NCBI GenBank assembly: GCA_964016885.1
Contig: OZ024741.1
Span: 413,850,001-413,914,000, forward strand
DNA: 64,000 nucleotides
DNA from: Eledone cirrhosa
Lineage: Eukaryota
Direction of reading: 5' to 3'
Part shown: positions 42,488 through 52,781 of the stretch, piece by piece
Layout of the letters: each line of letters opens with the position of its first letter
How positions within the stretch are numbered: position 1 is the stretch's first letter
The notes under the pieces: generated by a model
Seen by the model: the letters and a program-made list of their open reading frames with translations, nothing else
Database searches by the model: none
What the model was told of the DNA's origin: nothing
Translations under genes and position numbers: made by a program

Positions 42488-43010
42488 GGGATGATGATAG
42501 AACTAGGGGAAGTTTCATGTGGGTTTGGTATCAAAATAAGCTGAAATATCAAAATTGTAAACAAAATGAAACAAAAGACATGTTTTTCTGTCATTTCTGT
42601 TTTAATTTTTCAATATTATTTAAAAATAAATATAATAGTTAGTTAACAATGGTTAAAATTGACCACATTCATCCTTCATGATTGCATTTCTAATGAAATA
42701 CACTCTATTTTAATTAATTAATGAAGAATTTTGAGGGATTTACTCATTAATTATTTCATTACTAAGACAGTAACTTAATGTAAGGTTCTTATGTTGGAAG
42801 ATTTTAATTTAAATTGGAAACCTTTGAAATGTATGGTTTTATTTCATAGAACCAGAGCCAGTTTTGGCCAGGTTGGTAACTAAAGGGTTAAAATGGTAAA
42901 ATGTGTTTAGTTTATGTAGATTTGTTTTATATAGATGTAGATCAGTTTTTATCCAACTGTATCCAAATTGCGACAACTTTAACACAGAAGTATTCTATGG
43001 CTCAATGTTA

Positions 43011-43886
43011 TCTATATATATAAAACTGTGGTTGTCTGTCTGTCTATCGATTTTTGGCACACATCTCCTCTTAGAATCTCTCACGGAATTGCACCGAAAT
43101 TGCTATACTTGTACATTGAGCCCTAGCGAAGACATCGGAAAAAAAAAAATTTCAAATTCACCCACCCTATGTGACGAAATCGAATATAATGTATCGATTT
43201 TTGAGCGTAAGTTATCAGTTATTTCCCTTTGTTCTGTTTACATTGAGCGTCTTACGTAAAAAATTACGCTGGCTTTCTCAGCGTTTAAAATGACATTAAC
43301 ACAATACACGAATTCCATTTAAAAGCATTTTAAAACAATATTTTTACTTGAAAACAAGTCTATTTAAAGACTACGTAAAACAAGCAAATATTTCGTCGTT
43401 AGGCGTGCAGACAGACAGTCGTGCAGACAGACAGTCGTGCAGAGAGGTGATATACGCGTGCAGACAGATAGTCGTGCAGAGAGGTGATATAGGCGTGCAG
43501 ACAGACAGTCGTGCAGAGAGGTGATATAGGCGTGCAGACAGACAGTCGTGCAGAGAGGTGATATAGGCGTGCAGACAGACATAACTGATAATTTGGTTAC
43601 GCTAATGTTTTTCTCTGCGTTGCAGTGTTTACATTTTCGATCTTTGTTAATAAATAACCAGTGCAGTTTCTATCCCCAGCATCCTCTTTTGTTATAACAT
43701 TCGGGTTATCGTTATGTTTTCTTAACTTCATAAGGCATATTGTTGGTTGAGGGAATATTAATCAAAAACACCACATGCAAGTCTGCACAGTAGACACTAC
43801 AGTTTTTAAGCCAAGAAAGAAACTTAACATTGTAACTTTAACACAGCTACTGAGCGACCCCGAGCAACGCCGGGCTTTACTGCTAG
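43011..43886 (+). mobile_element. Non-autonomous Helitron
   Basis: Begins A|TCTATATATATAAAA and ends with a GC-rich hairpin CCCGAGCAACGCCGGG (about 43858-43874), then CTAG|T. This gives 5'-TC, 3'-CTRR and an A/T target site. Confidence 0.75.
43401..43581 (+). repeat. 37-bp tandem repeat, about 4.5 copies, inside the Helitron
   Basis: AGGCGTGCAGACAGACAGTCGTGCAGAGAGGTGATAT repeated. Confidence 0.92.
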
Positions 43887-43975
43887 TTAACAATAAATAT
43901 AGGATAGGTAGGTGGGAAAGCTGGTAGATTAGTGGGTGGATAGGTAGATTGACAAACAGGTAGATAGATTAATAG

Positions 43976-44948
43976 TAAGACCGGATGCCCATGGGAACTC
44001 CTGTATGCAGATGACCTCGCACTTATAGCTGAATCTATGGTAGAACTAGAGAAGAAATTCCAAACTTGGAAGCAGGGACTAGAAAGAAAGGGTCTCAAAG
44101 TCAACATGACAAAGACTAAGGTCCTTGTAAGTAGACGAGAAAACAGAACCCAGATCCCCTCAGGGAAATGGCCTTGCTCAGTATGTAGGAAAGGTGTAGG
44201 TAGGAACTCCATAATCTGCCCCAAATGCAAACAATTGGTACACAAGAGATGTAGCAGGATCTCAGGAAGCTTAATTAAGAATGTAGGCTTCACATGTAGC
44301 AGCTGTGCTGGGACAGCAAGCAGCAAACAGCCACAGGAAACAAGTACCACCAATCTCTGCGAGGGCTCTGTAGAAACAGTAGACAGCTTCTGCTACCTAG
44401 GTGACCGAATTAGCAGCGGAGGTGGGTGTTCAGAAAGTACAATAACTAGGGTAAGAACGGGATGGAAGAAGTTCAGGGAATTACTGCCACTGCTAGCTGC
44501 AAAAGGCTTCTCCCTCAAAATGAAAGGCAGACTGTATGATGCGTGTATCCGAACAGCAGTGTTACATGGTAGTGAGACCTGGGCGCTGAAGGTGGAAGAC
44601 TTGCGTAGATTAGAAAGAAACGAAGCCTGCATGCTCCGATGGATGTGTAATAGTAATATACGTGAATGGCAAAGCATAAATGAATTGAGAGAGAGACTGA
44701 GCATAAGAGGAATCAAATGCTGTGTGCAGGAGAGGCGGTTGCGTTGGTATGGACATGTGATGCGAATGAAGCATGACAGCTGCATAAAAAGGTGCAGAGC
44801 ACTAGAAGTCAATGGAAACCGCGAAGTGGGGAGACTCAAGAAGACCTGGGATGAGGTGATAAAAGCCGACCTTACCCAATTAAACCTCTCAAAGGCGATG
44901 ACACATGACCGTGATCTCTGGCGTCACGCAGTAATACAGAGTACCCGG
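43976..44948 (+). mobile_element. RTE-clade LINE, 5'-truncated, open frame from the RT YADD motif to the ORF end; normal 3' UTR absent
   Basis: KTGCPWELLYADDL, GLKVN..KTK, FCYLG, LHGSETW, RLRWYGHVMRM and GR.KKTW motifs (ORF 44037-44966). Confidence 0.95.
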
Positions 44949-46781
44949 AAAGAATCTCCAAATTGAGAGATCACAGCTCTGATACTACAGACATGTGGTT
45001 ACAATGTCTCAGGAAAGAATCTCTGGATTGAGAGATCACAGCTCTGATACTATGGACATGTGGTTAGAATGTCTCAGGAAAGAATCTCTGAATTAGGAGA
45101 TAACAGCTCTGATACTTCAGACATGTGGTTAGAATGTCTCAGGAAAGAATCTCCAAATTGAGAGATCACAGCTCTGATACTTCAGACATGTGGTTAGAAT
45201 GTCTCAGGAAAGAATCTCTGGATTGAGAGATCACAGCTCTGATACTATGGACATGTGGTTAGAATGTCTCAGGAAAGAATCTCTGGATTGAGAGACCACA
45301 GCTCCAATACTATGGACATGTGATTAGAATGTCTCAGGAAAGAATCTCTGGATTAGGAGATAACAGCTCCGATATTATGGACATGTGGTTAGAATGTCTC
45401 AGGTAAGAATCTCTGGATTGAGAGATCACAGCTCTGATACTATGGACATGTGGTTAGAATGTCTCAGGAAAGAATCTCCAAATTGAGAGATCACAGCTCT
45501 GATACTACAGACATGTGGTTAGAATGTCTTAGGAAAGAATCTCTGAATTGAGAGATCACAGCTCTGATACTATGGACATGTGGTTAGAATGTCTCATGAA
45601 AGAATCTCCAAATTGAGAGATCACAGCTCTGATATTACAGGCATGTGGTTAGAATGTCTCAGGAAAGAATCACTGGATTGAGAGATCACAGCTCTGATAC
45701 TACAGATATGTGGTTAGAATGTCTCAGGAAAGAATCTCTGGATTAGGAGATGACAGCTCTGATACTTCAGACATGTGGTTAGAATGTCTCAGGAAAGAAT
45801 CTCTGGATTGAGAGATCACAGCTCCAATACTATGGACATGTGGTTAGAATGTCTCAGGAAAGAATCTCTGGATTGAGAGATCACAGCTCTGATACTATGG
45901 ACATGTGGTTAGAATGTCTCAGGAAAGAATCTCTGGATTAGGAGATAACAGCTCTGATACTTCAGACATGTGGTTAGAATGTCTCAGGAAAGAATCTCCA
46001 AATTGAGAGATCACAGCTCTGATACTTCAGACATGTGGTTAGAATGTCGCAGGAAAGAATCTCTGGATTGAGAGATCACAGCTCTGATACTATGGACATG
46101 TGGTTAGAATGTCTCAGGAAAGAATCACTGGATTGAGACATCATAGCTCCAATACTATGGACATGTGGTTAGAATGTCTCAGGAAAGAATCTCTGGATTA
46201 GGAGATAACAGCTCCGATATTATGGACATGTGGTTAGAATGTCTCAGGAAAGAATCTCTGGATTGAGAGATCACAGCTCTGATACTATGGACATGTGGTT
46301 AGAATGTCTCAGGAAAGAATCTCTGGATTGAGAGACCACAGCTCCAATACTATGGACATGTGGTTAGAATGTCTCAGGAAAGAATCTCTGGATTAGGAGA
46401 TAACAGCTCTGATACTTCAGACATGTGGTTAGAATGTCTCAGGAAAGAATCTCCAAATTGAGAGATCACAGCTCTGATACTACAGACATGTGGTTAGAAT
46501 GTCTTAGGAAAGAATCTCTGAATTGAGAGATCACAGCTCTGATGCTATGGACATGTGGTTAGAATGTCTCAGGAAAGAATCTCCAAATTGAGAGATCACA
46601 GCTCTGATATTACAGGCATGTGGTTAGAATGTCTCATGAAAGAATCACTGGATTGAGAGATCACAGCTCTGATACTACAGACATGTGGTTAGAATGTTTC
46701 AGGAAAGAATCTCTGGATTGAGAGATCACAGCTCCAATACTATGGACATGTGGTTAGAATGTCTCAGGAAAGAATCTCTGG
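44948..46781 (+). repeat. 65-bp tandem minisatellite, about 28 copies
   Basis: Unit GAAAGAATCTCTGGATTGAGAGATCACAGCTCTGATACTATGGACATGTGGTTAGAATGTCTCAG. Confidence 0.97.
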
Positions 46782-46915
46782 ACAGATTTTACAGGAAAAA
46801 CCAACTGGTGGGAGACCCAAGATGGTTGGATAACATCCTTCGCCTGGCTGGTCTCGCTTGGGGATCCAGCTGGATCAGTTGGAGATGGTTGCTTCTGACA
46901 GGACCTGAATAAGAA
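46717..46915 (+). mobile_element. 3' remnant of a second RTE-like LINE, continuous with the last 65-bp unit
   Basis: Reads IERSQLQYYGHVVRMSQERISGQILQEKPTGGRP, then (frameshift) RWLDNI, matching the RTE C-terminal L.W.GHV.RM and GRP..RW.D.I motifs. Confidence 0.75.
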
Positions 46916-47119
46916 AAATAAAGAAAAATAATAATTTCATATTGCTTAATTATGAAGTATTATGTTGTTTGAAGCTTAAGACAATGCAAGATGGATGATA
47001 GATTTTGGAATAAATTGAAGGCAATGAAGATGTTGGTGTGTTACTTGTTATTTTATTTATCTATATCTGCTTACATTGAATAGAAAAGGTTAAAGTAATT
47101 TTCTCCTTTCATTTTTCAG

Positions 47120-47306
47120 TTGATGGTCCTGAGGATCCAACTAACAAACCTGGAACTTCCACAGAGAATTCTGGAAACGGACAACATTCTCCTTCCAAGA
47201 AAATCTCCATAGATCACCTTGTCAACGATATCACTGCTTTATCTCCAATTGTTGAAATGACAAACGAAGAAATTAACTCCTGGCTTCATTACAACAAACT
47301 GGCGCA
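47120..47306 (+). CDS. TIR-SAM gene exon c: (V)DGPEDPTNKPGTSTENSGNGQHSPSKKISIDHLVNDITALSPIVEMTNEEINSWLHYNKLA, a linker plus the SAM-like start
   Basis: Strong acceptor TTCTCCTTTCATTTTTCAG|, phase 1 in, open frame, donor CA|GTAAAT phase 2 out. Confidence 0.85.
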
Positions 47307-47352
47307 GTAAATAAACAATCATCTATTTCCTTCTATTATGTAAAGCTGTTTA

Positions 47353-47570
47353 GGGCGGTGGATTGGCAATAATTGGTAGAGCATCAGACAACATTCTTTG
47401 TGGCATAGAGTTATGGCCCTTTATATTCTAGTTTCAAATCCTACCAAAGTTAGCTTTGCCTTTCATCCCTATGAGGTCGATAAAATAAAGTACCAGTAAT
47501 ACTCTGGGGTCAATTTAATCAATATTCTCCTTCACTACAAATTAATGGGCTTCTCCTTAAAGTAAAAACA
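47353..47570 (+). mobile_element. tRNA-derived SINE, family 1
   Basis: Homologous to 41563-41750. Confidence 0.85.
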
Positions 47571-47965
47571 ATTATACAAATAAATTGAACATCTTCTGAA
47601 CAGACTAGGGCACTGGGTTGATTGTCACACTCCACTCCATCTCCAGGGATTGCCCTCACTTATTAAACTATTCTGTAGTTAATATATGAATTGTAGCAGC
47701 TTTTCATAATCAAAGCAAAGATTTCAAACTTGTTTAATTTCTTTGTAAATTTATTGATTTAGAAAAAAATATTTACATTTTTATTTTCACTTTCTGTCAG
47801 CCTGTGGGTGGGTGGGTGGTGGTGGGTAGTTATGTGGGTAGGTGTGTAGTTATGTGGGTGGTGGGTTGTTATGTGGGTAGTTATGGTGTGTCTATAGAAA
47901 ATTTGTTTTTAGGGCGGGGGGGGGGGGGGGGGGGGCATGCAGAGATGTAAAGGCACATTTTCTAC

Positions 47966-48245
47966 AGGTTGAGGTGTTTGGCTCACAAACTTAAGTCATG
48001 AGTTCAATTCCTGCTGGTAAATTGTGTGCTTGAGCAAGACATTTTATTTCACATTGCTCCAGTCCACTATGTCCTTGAGCAAGACACTTTATTTAATGTT
48101 GCTCCAGTCCACTGTGTCCTTGAGCAAGACACTTTATTTAATGTTGCTCCAGTCCACTCAGCAGACAAAGGATGTGTTGTATCTGTGATGATTCAAGGGG
48201 CCAGACTTGTCACATACTGTGTGTCCTATTGAATCTGCCTGAGAT
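47966..48245 (+). mobile_element. tRNA-derived CORE-like SINE, family 2, with an internal 45-bp triplication (48026-48160)
   Basis: B-box-like GAGTTCAATTC, then GTGTCCTTGAGCAAGACACTTTA (resembles the CORE-SINE domain) three times. Confidence 0.75.
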
Positions 48246-48287
48246 CTTTATTACCACAACAAAGTGATTTATTCATTGATTGCAGAA

Positions 48288-48640
48288 CATTATTTTATAT
48301 TTCGGACTGAGTTCAAATCCCGCCAAGGTTAACTTTGCCTTTCATCCTTACAGGGTCGATAAAATAAAGTACCAGTAATGTACTGGGTAATTGCTGGCCT
48401 TGTGCCATAAGTAGAAACAATTATTTTATATTTCAGTTGGGCGGTGAATTGGCAGTATCGGTAGAGGGTCGGACGCCATGCTTTCTAGCATAGTTATGGC
48501 CCTTTATGGTCTGAGTTCAACTCCCGTCAAGGTTAACTTTGCCATTCATCCTTACGGGGTCAATAAAATAAAGTACCAGTAATGTACTGGGTAATTGCTG
48601 GCCTTGTGCCAAAAGTAGAAACAATTATTTTATATTTCAG
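48288..48640 (+). mobile_element. Tandem partial plus full family-1 SINE copies
   Basis: Copies at about 48307-48420 and 48440-48622, bounded three times by ATTATTTTATATTTC(A/G)G. Confidence 0.8.
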
Positions 48641-48939
48641 ATAATTATAGAAATATGTATAAAACTGTGATCCTTTAAGGTTCAGTAAGGTACCTATATG
48701 AGGTATGTGCCTTAGGTAGCCACCTAGTTGGCCTTAATGGTAGCACCAGTGCTACTTGAGGGTATTATATGTTGGGTATTATCCTGGTCTAGGTGGAATC
48801 TATCTGTAAGAATGATTTTATCTGCATGAAAACACTTGTTTAAAAATATGTCCATGTTAGAACACATATGAAAAACAGTATTTAATTAAGTCTTCCATGG
48901 AAATCACTACCTACCCTAACTCAATAACAACCCTAACTC

Positions 48940-49218
48940 AACAACTACTCCACTCAACACCTACCCTCACTCACTACCACCCTCACTCACCATCACCCTC
49001 ACTCACCACCTACCCTCACTCACTACCACCCTCACTCACCACCCACCCTCACTCACCACCTACCCTCACTCACCACTCACCCTCACTCAGCACCTACCCT
49101 CATTCACTACCACCCTTACTCAGCACCTACCCTCACTCACCACCCACCCTCACTCATCACCCACCCTCACTATCACCCTCTCTCACCACCCACCCTCACT
49201 CACCACCTACCCTCACTC
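48940..49218. repeat. (CCCTCACTCACCAC)n-like low-complexity repeat
   Basis: Visible C/A-rich periodic sequence ending just before the exon d acceptor. Confidence 0.9.
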
Positions 49219-49235
49219 TATATTTCTCTTTCCAG

Positions 49236-49302
49236 TTACTGTGAAGCTTTTTCAGAGTTTGATGGCAAAATGTTATTTCAACTGACTGAGATGAAGAAAG
49301 AG
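49236..49302 (+). CDS. TIR-SAM gene exon d: (H)YCEAFSEFDGKMLFQLTEMKKE
   Basis: Acceptor TTTCTCTTTCCAG|, phase 2 in, consensus donor GAG|GTAAGA; SAM-like F...DG..L..L motif. Confidence 0.9.
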
Positions 49303-49480
49303 GTAAGAGTTTATTACGTGTGGCGGTGGGGGGAGGTCGGGGTGCGGTGGTAGAGTGGGGAATTGCGGTGTGGTGGGGTGGTGGTCAAGTGAGGTGCGGG
49401 ATATTGGGGTGGTGAGGGAGGGAGATGTGGTAGCGGGGAGGGCGGAGGTGTGGTGGTTCTGGTGTAGGGGTAGTGGCAGA

Positions 49481-49912
49481 TGGAACTCCTATCTTGCTTA
49501 GAACATTGACCTCTTGGAAACTGTTCAGAGACGTGCAACCAAGTGAATACCCTCCATCAGGCATCTACCATACTCTGAACGCCTTGCTTCCCTGGGCATG
49601 GATACATTGAAGCTCAACAACAACAACCCTGAGCGCCTTTTTGATTTCCATGTGTCTGACACACGTGGACATGCCCACAAAGTCAGAAAACAGCACAGCT
49701 CCCATGACTTTCAGAAACATTTTTTCATGTTCAGAGTTGCTGAAGCATGGAACTACACCTGATATTCCCCCGCCATACATACGCACACATGTATCTGTGT
49801 GTATATCATGACTCATACACTGCTCACTTTCCGTACATTATTCTATGTACTATACATGCACCTTTGATGAATTGTAGTGCACCTGAGCACTGTATACAAT
49901 CATTTTCATTAT
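49481..49912 (+). mobile_element. CR1-like LINE 3' fragment with internal deletions
   Basis: Translates WNSYLA*NIDLLETVQRRATK*IPSIRHLPYSERLASLG..TRGHAHKVRK..FF.FRVAEAWN. Confidence 0.88.
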
Positions 49913-50930
49913 TCATCATCATCATCATCATCATCATCGTTTAACGTCCATCTTCCACACTTGCATGGGTTTGGACGGGAGTTTTCCCACTTGAGGTAAG
50001 ATTGGTTGTCCTGCTCGTATAGGACTGTCTGGCAGGTTTTCTACGGCTTGATGCCCTTCCTAACACCAACCACGTTTACAGTGTGGACTGGGAGGTTTTT
50101 ACCGTGTTACCTACACGGCCACATTACAGCGTGGACTGTGTTTTTTTTGTCGTGACACCTACACGACCTCATTTGTATCGGACTGGATGTTGTGGTATCA
50201 ACATAACTTCACATTGAAGGGGGCGGTGTGGATGGGGTGGGGGGTAGTGGGATAGGGGTGTATTTTTGTTAGAGGTGCCTACTGACTGTAGGTTTCGCTT
50301 TGTACTTAGGCAAGGCGGGTCTTCTGTATTACTGTGTAGCGCCGGTCCAGTGACATTGTCTTGGAGAGGTGTAAGTGTGTGAGGTCGGAATTTATCAAGT
50401 TTTTCTGGGTCTGCCTACTCCATGGCTACCGTCTATTTTTATCGCCCTGCACTTTTTTATACAGCTATCGTCTTTCATGCGCATCACGTGACCGTACCAA
50501 CGTAGTCTTCTCTCGAGTAAACAACATCTGATCCCTCTTATTCCTAATTTCTCCCTTAGTTCGTTTATGCTTTGCTGTTCACGTATATTACTATTACACA
50601 TCCAGCGGAGCATGCAAGCTTCATTCCTCTCCAGTCTGCGTATATCCTCTGCACACAATGCCCAGGTCTCACTGCCATGTAACATTGCTGTTCGTATGCA
50701 GGCATCATACAGTCTGCCTTTCATTTTTAGAGAGAACCCTTTAGCGGCCAATAGTGGTATAAGCTCTCTGAACTTTTTCCATCCCATTCGGACTCTAGCT
50801 ACTGTACTTTCAGAGCACCCTCCCCCACTGCTGATTTTGTCACTCAGGTAACGGAAGGTGTCCACTATTTCTATAGAACCATCTGTGCAATGGAATGAGC
50901 TAGTATTCTGTGGGCACTTGCTGCTACTAT
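49913..50930 (-). mobile_element. RTE-clade LINE, 5'-truncated, with full 3' UTR and (TGA)n tail
   Basis: ORF 50395-50865 (LHGSETW, RLRWYGHVMRM, GRPRKT); closely similar to 61345-62360. Confidence 0.95.
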
Positions 50931-50970
50931 TATTTTTTTTTATTCAAGTATATTATTTCAATATTTATAA

Positions 50971-51109
50971 GGAGTCCTAGATACTTGCCAAACTGACACC
51001 AATATGGAGTCCTAGATACTTACCAAACTGACACCAATATGGAGTCCTAGATACTTACCAAACTGACACCAATATGGAGTCCTAGATACTTACCAAACTG
51101 ACACCAATA
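50971..51109 (+). repeat. 35-bp tandem repeat, 4 copies
   Basis: GGAGTCCTAGATACTTACCAAACTGACACCAATAT at 50971, 51006, 51041 and 51076. Confidence 0.95.
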
Positions 51110-51332
51110 AAACATGCTCTACTTTCATTTAAGTAGTACATGAACTTTTTATGGCTGGCTAGCTATAAAATCTATGTAATCTGTATCTGCCTGATACAGT
51201 CCTATACGAGCGAGACCCGGTCACCCGATCAATCTTGCCTCATGTGGAACAATTCCCATCTAACCTATGCTAGCATGGAAGATAGATGTTAAATGATGAT
51301 GATGATGATGATGATAATGATGAATTAACAAC

Positions 51333-51783
51333 AATCATCATCATCACCATTTAATGTCCATTTTTCCACACTGGCATGGGTTAGATGAGTTAGCCTGTTG
51401 TGAGCAATGCAGGTGACCATGTCTTGCTCATACAGGACTGATTCTGGCTTGGTTTCTACAGCTGGATGCCATTCCTAACGCCAACCTTATTTACAGTGAG
51501 TGCTGGGTGCTTTTTGTCATGATACCTACATGATCACTTTACAGTGTGGACTGGGTGTCTTTTTGTCATGACACCTACATGACCACTTTACAGTGTGGAC
51601 TGGGTACTTTTTGTTGTGACACCTACATGACCACTTTACAGTGTGGACTGGGGACTTTTTATTGTGACACCTACATGACCACTTTACAGTGTGGGCTGGG
51701 CGCTATTTGCTGTGACACCTACATGACCACTTTACAGTGTGGGCTGGGCGCTATTTGCTGTGTTGCCACCACAACCACTTTAT
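51333..51783 (-). mobile_element. RTE 3'-UTR element whose 48-bp unit is expanded to about 6 tandem copies (51483-51783)
   Basis: (CAT)n TTAATGTCC tail at 51333; TTACAGTG-type motifs at 51491, 51539, 51588, 51636, 51684 and 51732. Confidence 0.85.
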
Positions 51784-52009
51784 ATTGTTATATTTGGGGA
51801 TGCTTATATCATGCTGTGTGAGTTTCTTTATTGGTAATATTGACAACATGACCATCCCCAAATATAACAATATTGGATTCAACTCACAATTTTACATCAA
51901 GAACCTTGCAGAATATATACATATGTATACATAATCGACTTTCGTCAAATCGGACTGAGGAAAAAATGTTTCTGTTGGTCTTTCCAATTGCTAATACTAT
52001 CTATCAGTT

Positions 52010-52137
52010 GCAACTCCAGGTAGAAGGAGCAACGTGAAATAAAGTGTCTTGCTCAAGGACATAACGCATCACCCTGTTCAGGAATCGAACCAACAACCTC
52101 ACGATTGTGAATCAAGTTCTCTAACCAATCAGCCACA
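52010..52137 (-). mobile_element. CORE-like SINE, family 2
   Basis: TAAAGTGTCTTGCTCAAGGACA and GGAATCGAACC are reverse complements of the CORE-like domain and the B box. Confidence 0.8.
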
Positions 52138-52509
52138 TATACATATATATCTATCTAACCCATGCTAGCGTGGAAGATAGACGTTAAATGATGATGATGA
52201 TGATGATATATGTATATTATAATAATAATAATAATAATTGATATAAACTGAAGTTGCAGCGACACTATAGCAGAACCTCATGGAATTGTTAGAGGCAATT
52301 ACGGAAGCACTCAATGATGGGAGAAATTGATAGGTTTTCATCCAGAGTAAACACAAAAATTTAATGAAGTGTGACACCAACAATAACGTGACCAAAAGCA
52401 TGTTGTTACAATGTTACAACATCGATATATACAAACAGGTTAATATATATCATAAAGAGTTGGGAGCTGACAGATGAGCTCTTGCTCATTCTGTCATTAC
52501 AACAGCAGA

Positions 52510-52594
52510 GGTCTGACGAGCTTTTGATTCCAGAGTCAGGCCAGATTGATACAGATTGAACCTTCAGCTGATCAATAGCGAAACGCGCGCCACC
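52510..52594 (+). ncRNA. Type I hammerhead ribozyme motif with long stem II; cleavage triplet mutated (GCC)
   Basis: GGU-CUGACGA-GCUUUUGAU...AUCAAUAGC-GAAA-CGCGCG-CC-ACC, with AATAAA at 52599. Confidence 0.65.
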
Positions 52595-52659
52595 AATCAA
52601 TAAACGTAATGAAGACATAACAAATCATCCTTGTATTATTATATTACACTCTGTCTAGC

Positions 52660-52781
52660 TCTACACCATTAATACACCATTAATAACAAAAAACAAATCA
52701 TCTACACCATTAATACACCATTAATAACAAAAAACAAATCATCTACACCATTAATACACCATTAATAACAAAAAACAAATC
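52660..52781 (+). repeat. 41-bp tandem repeat, 3 copies, at the 5' junction of the Penelope-like element
   Basis: TCTACACCATTAATACACCATTAATAACAAAAAACAAATCA at 52660, 52701 and 52742. Confidence 0.92.

Noticed and set aside
47916-47935. Poly-G runs (also 57326-57348) as functional G-quadruplexes
   Set aside because: Simple homopolymers of uncertain length; the matching position in the other inverted arm is short, suggesting slippage.
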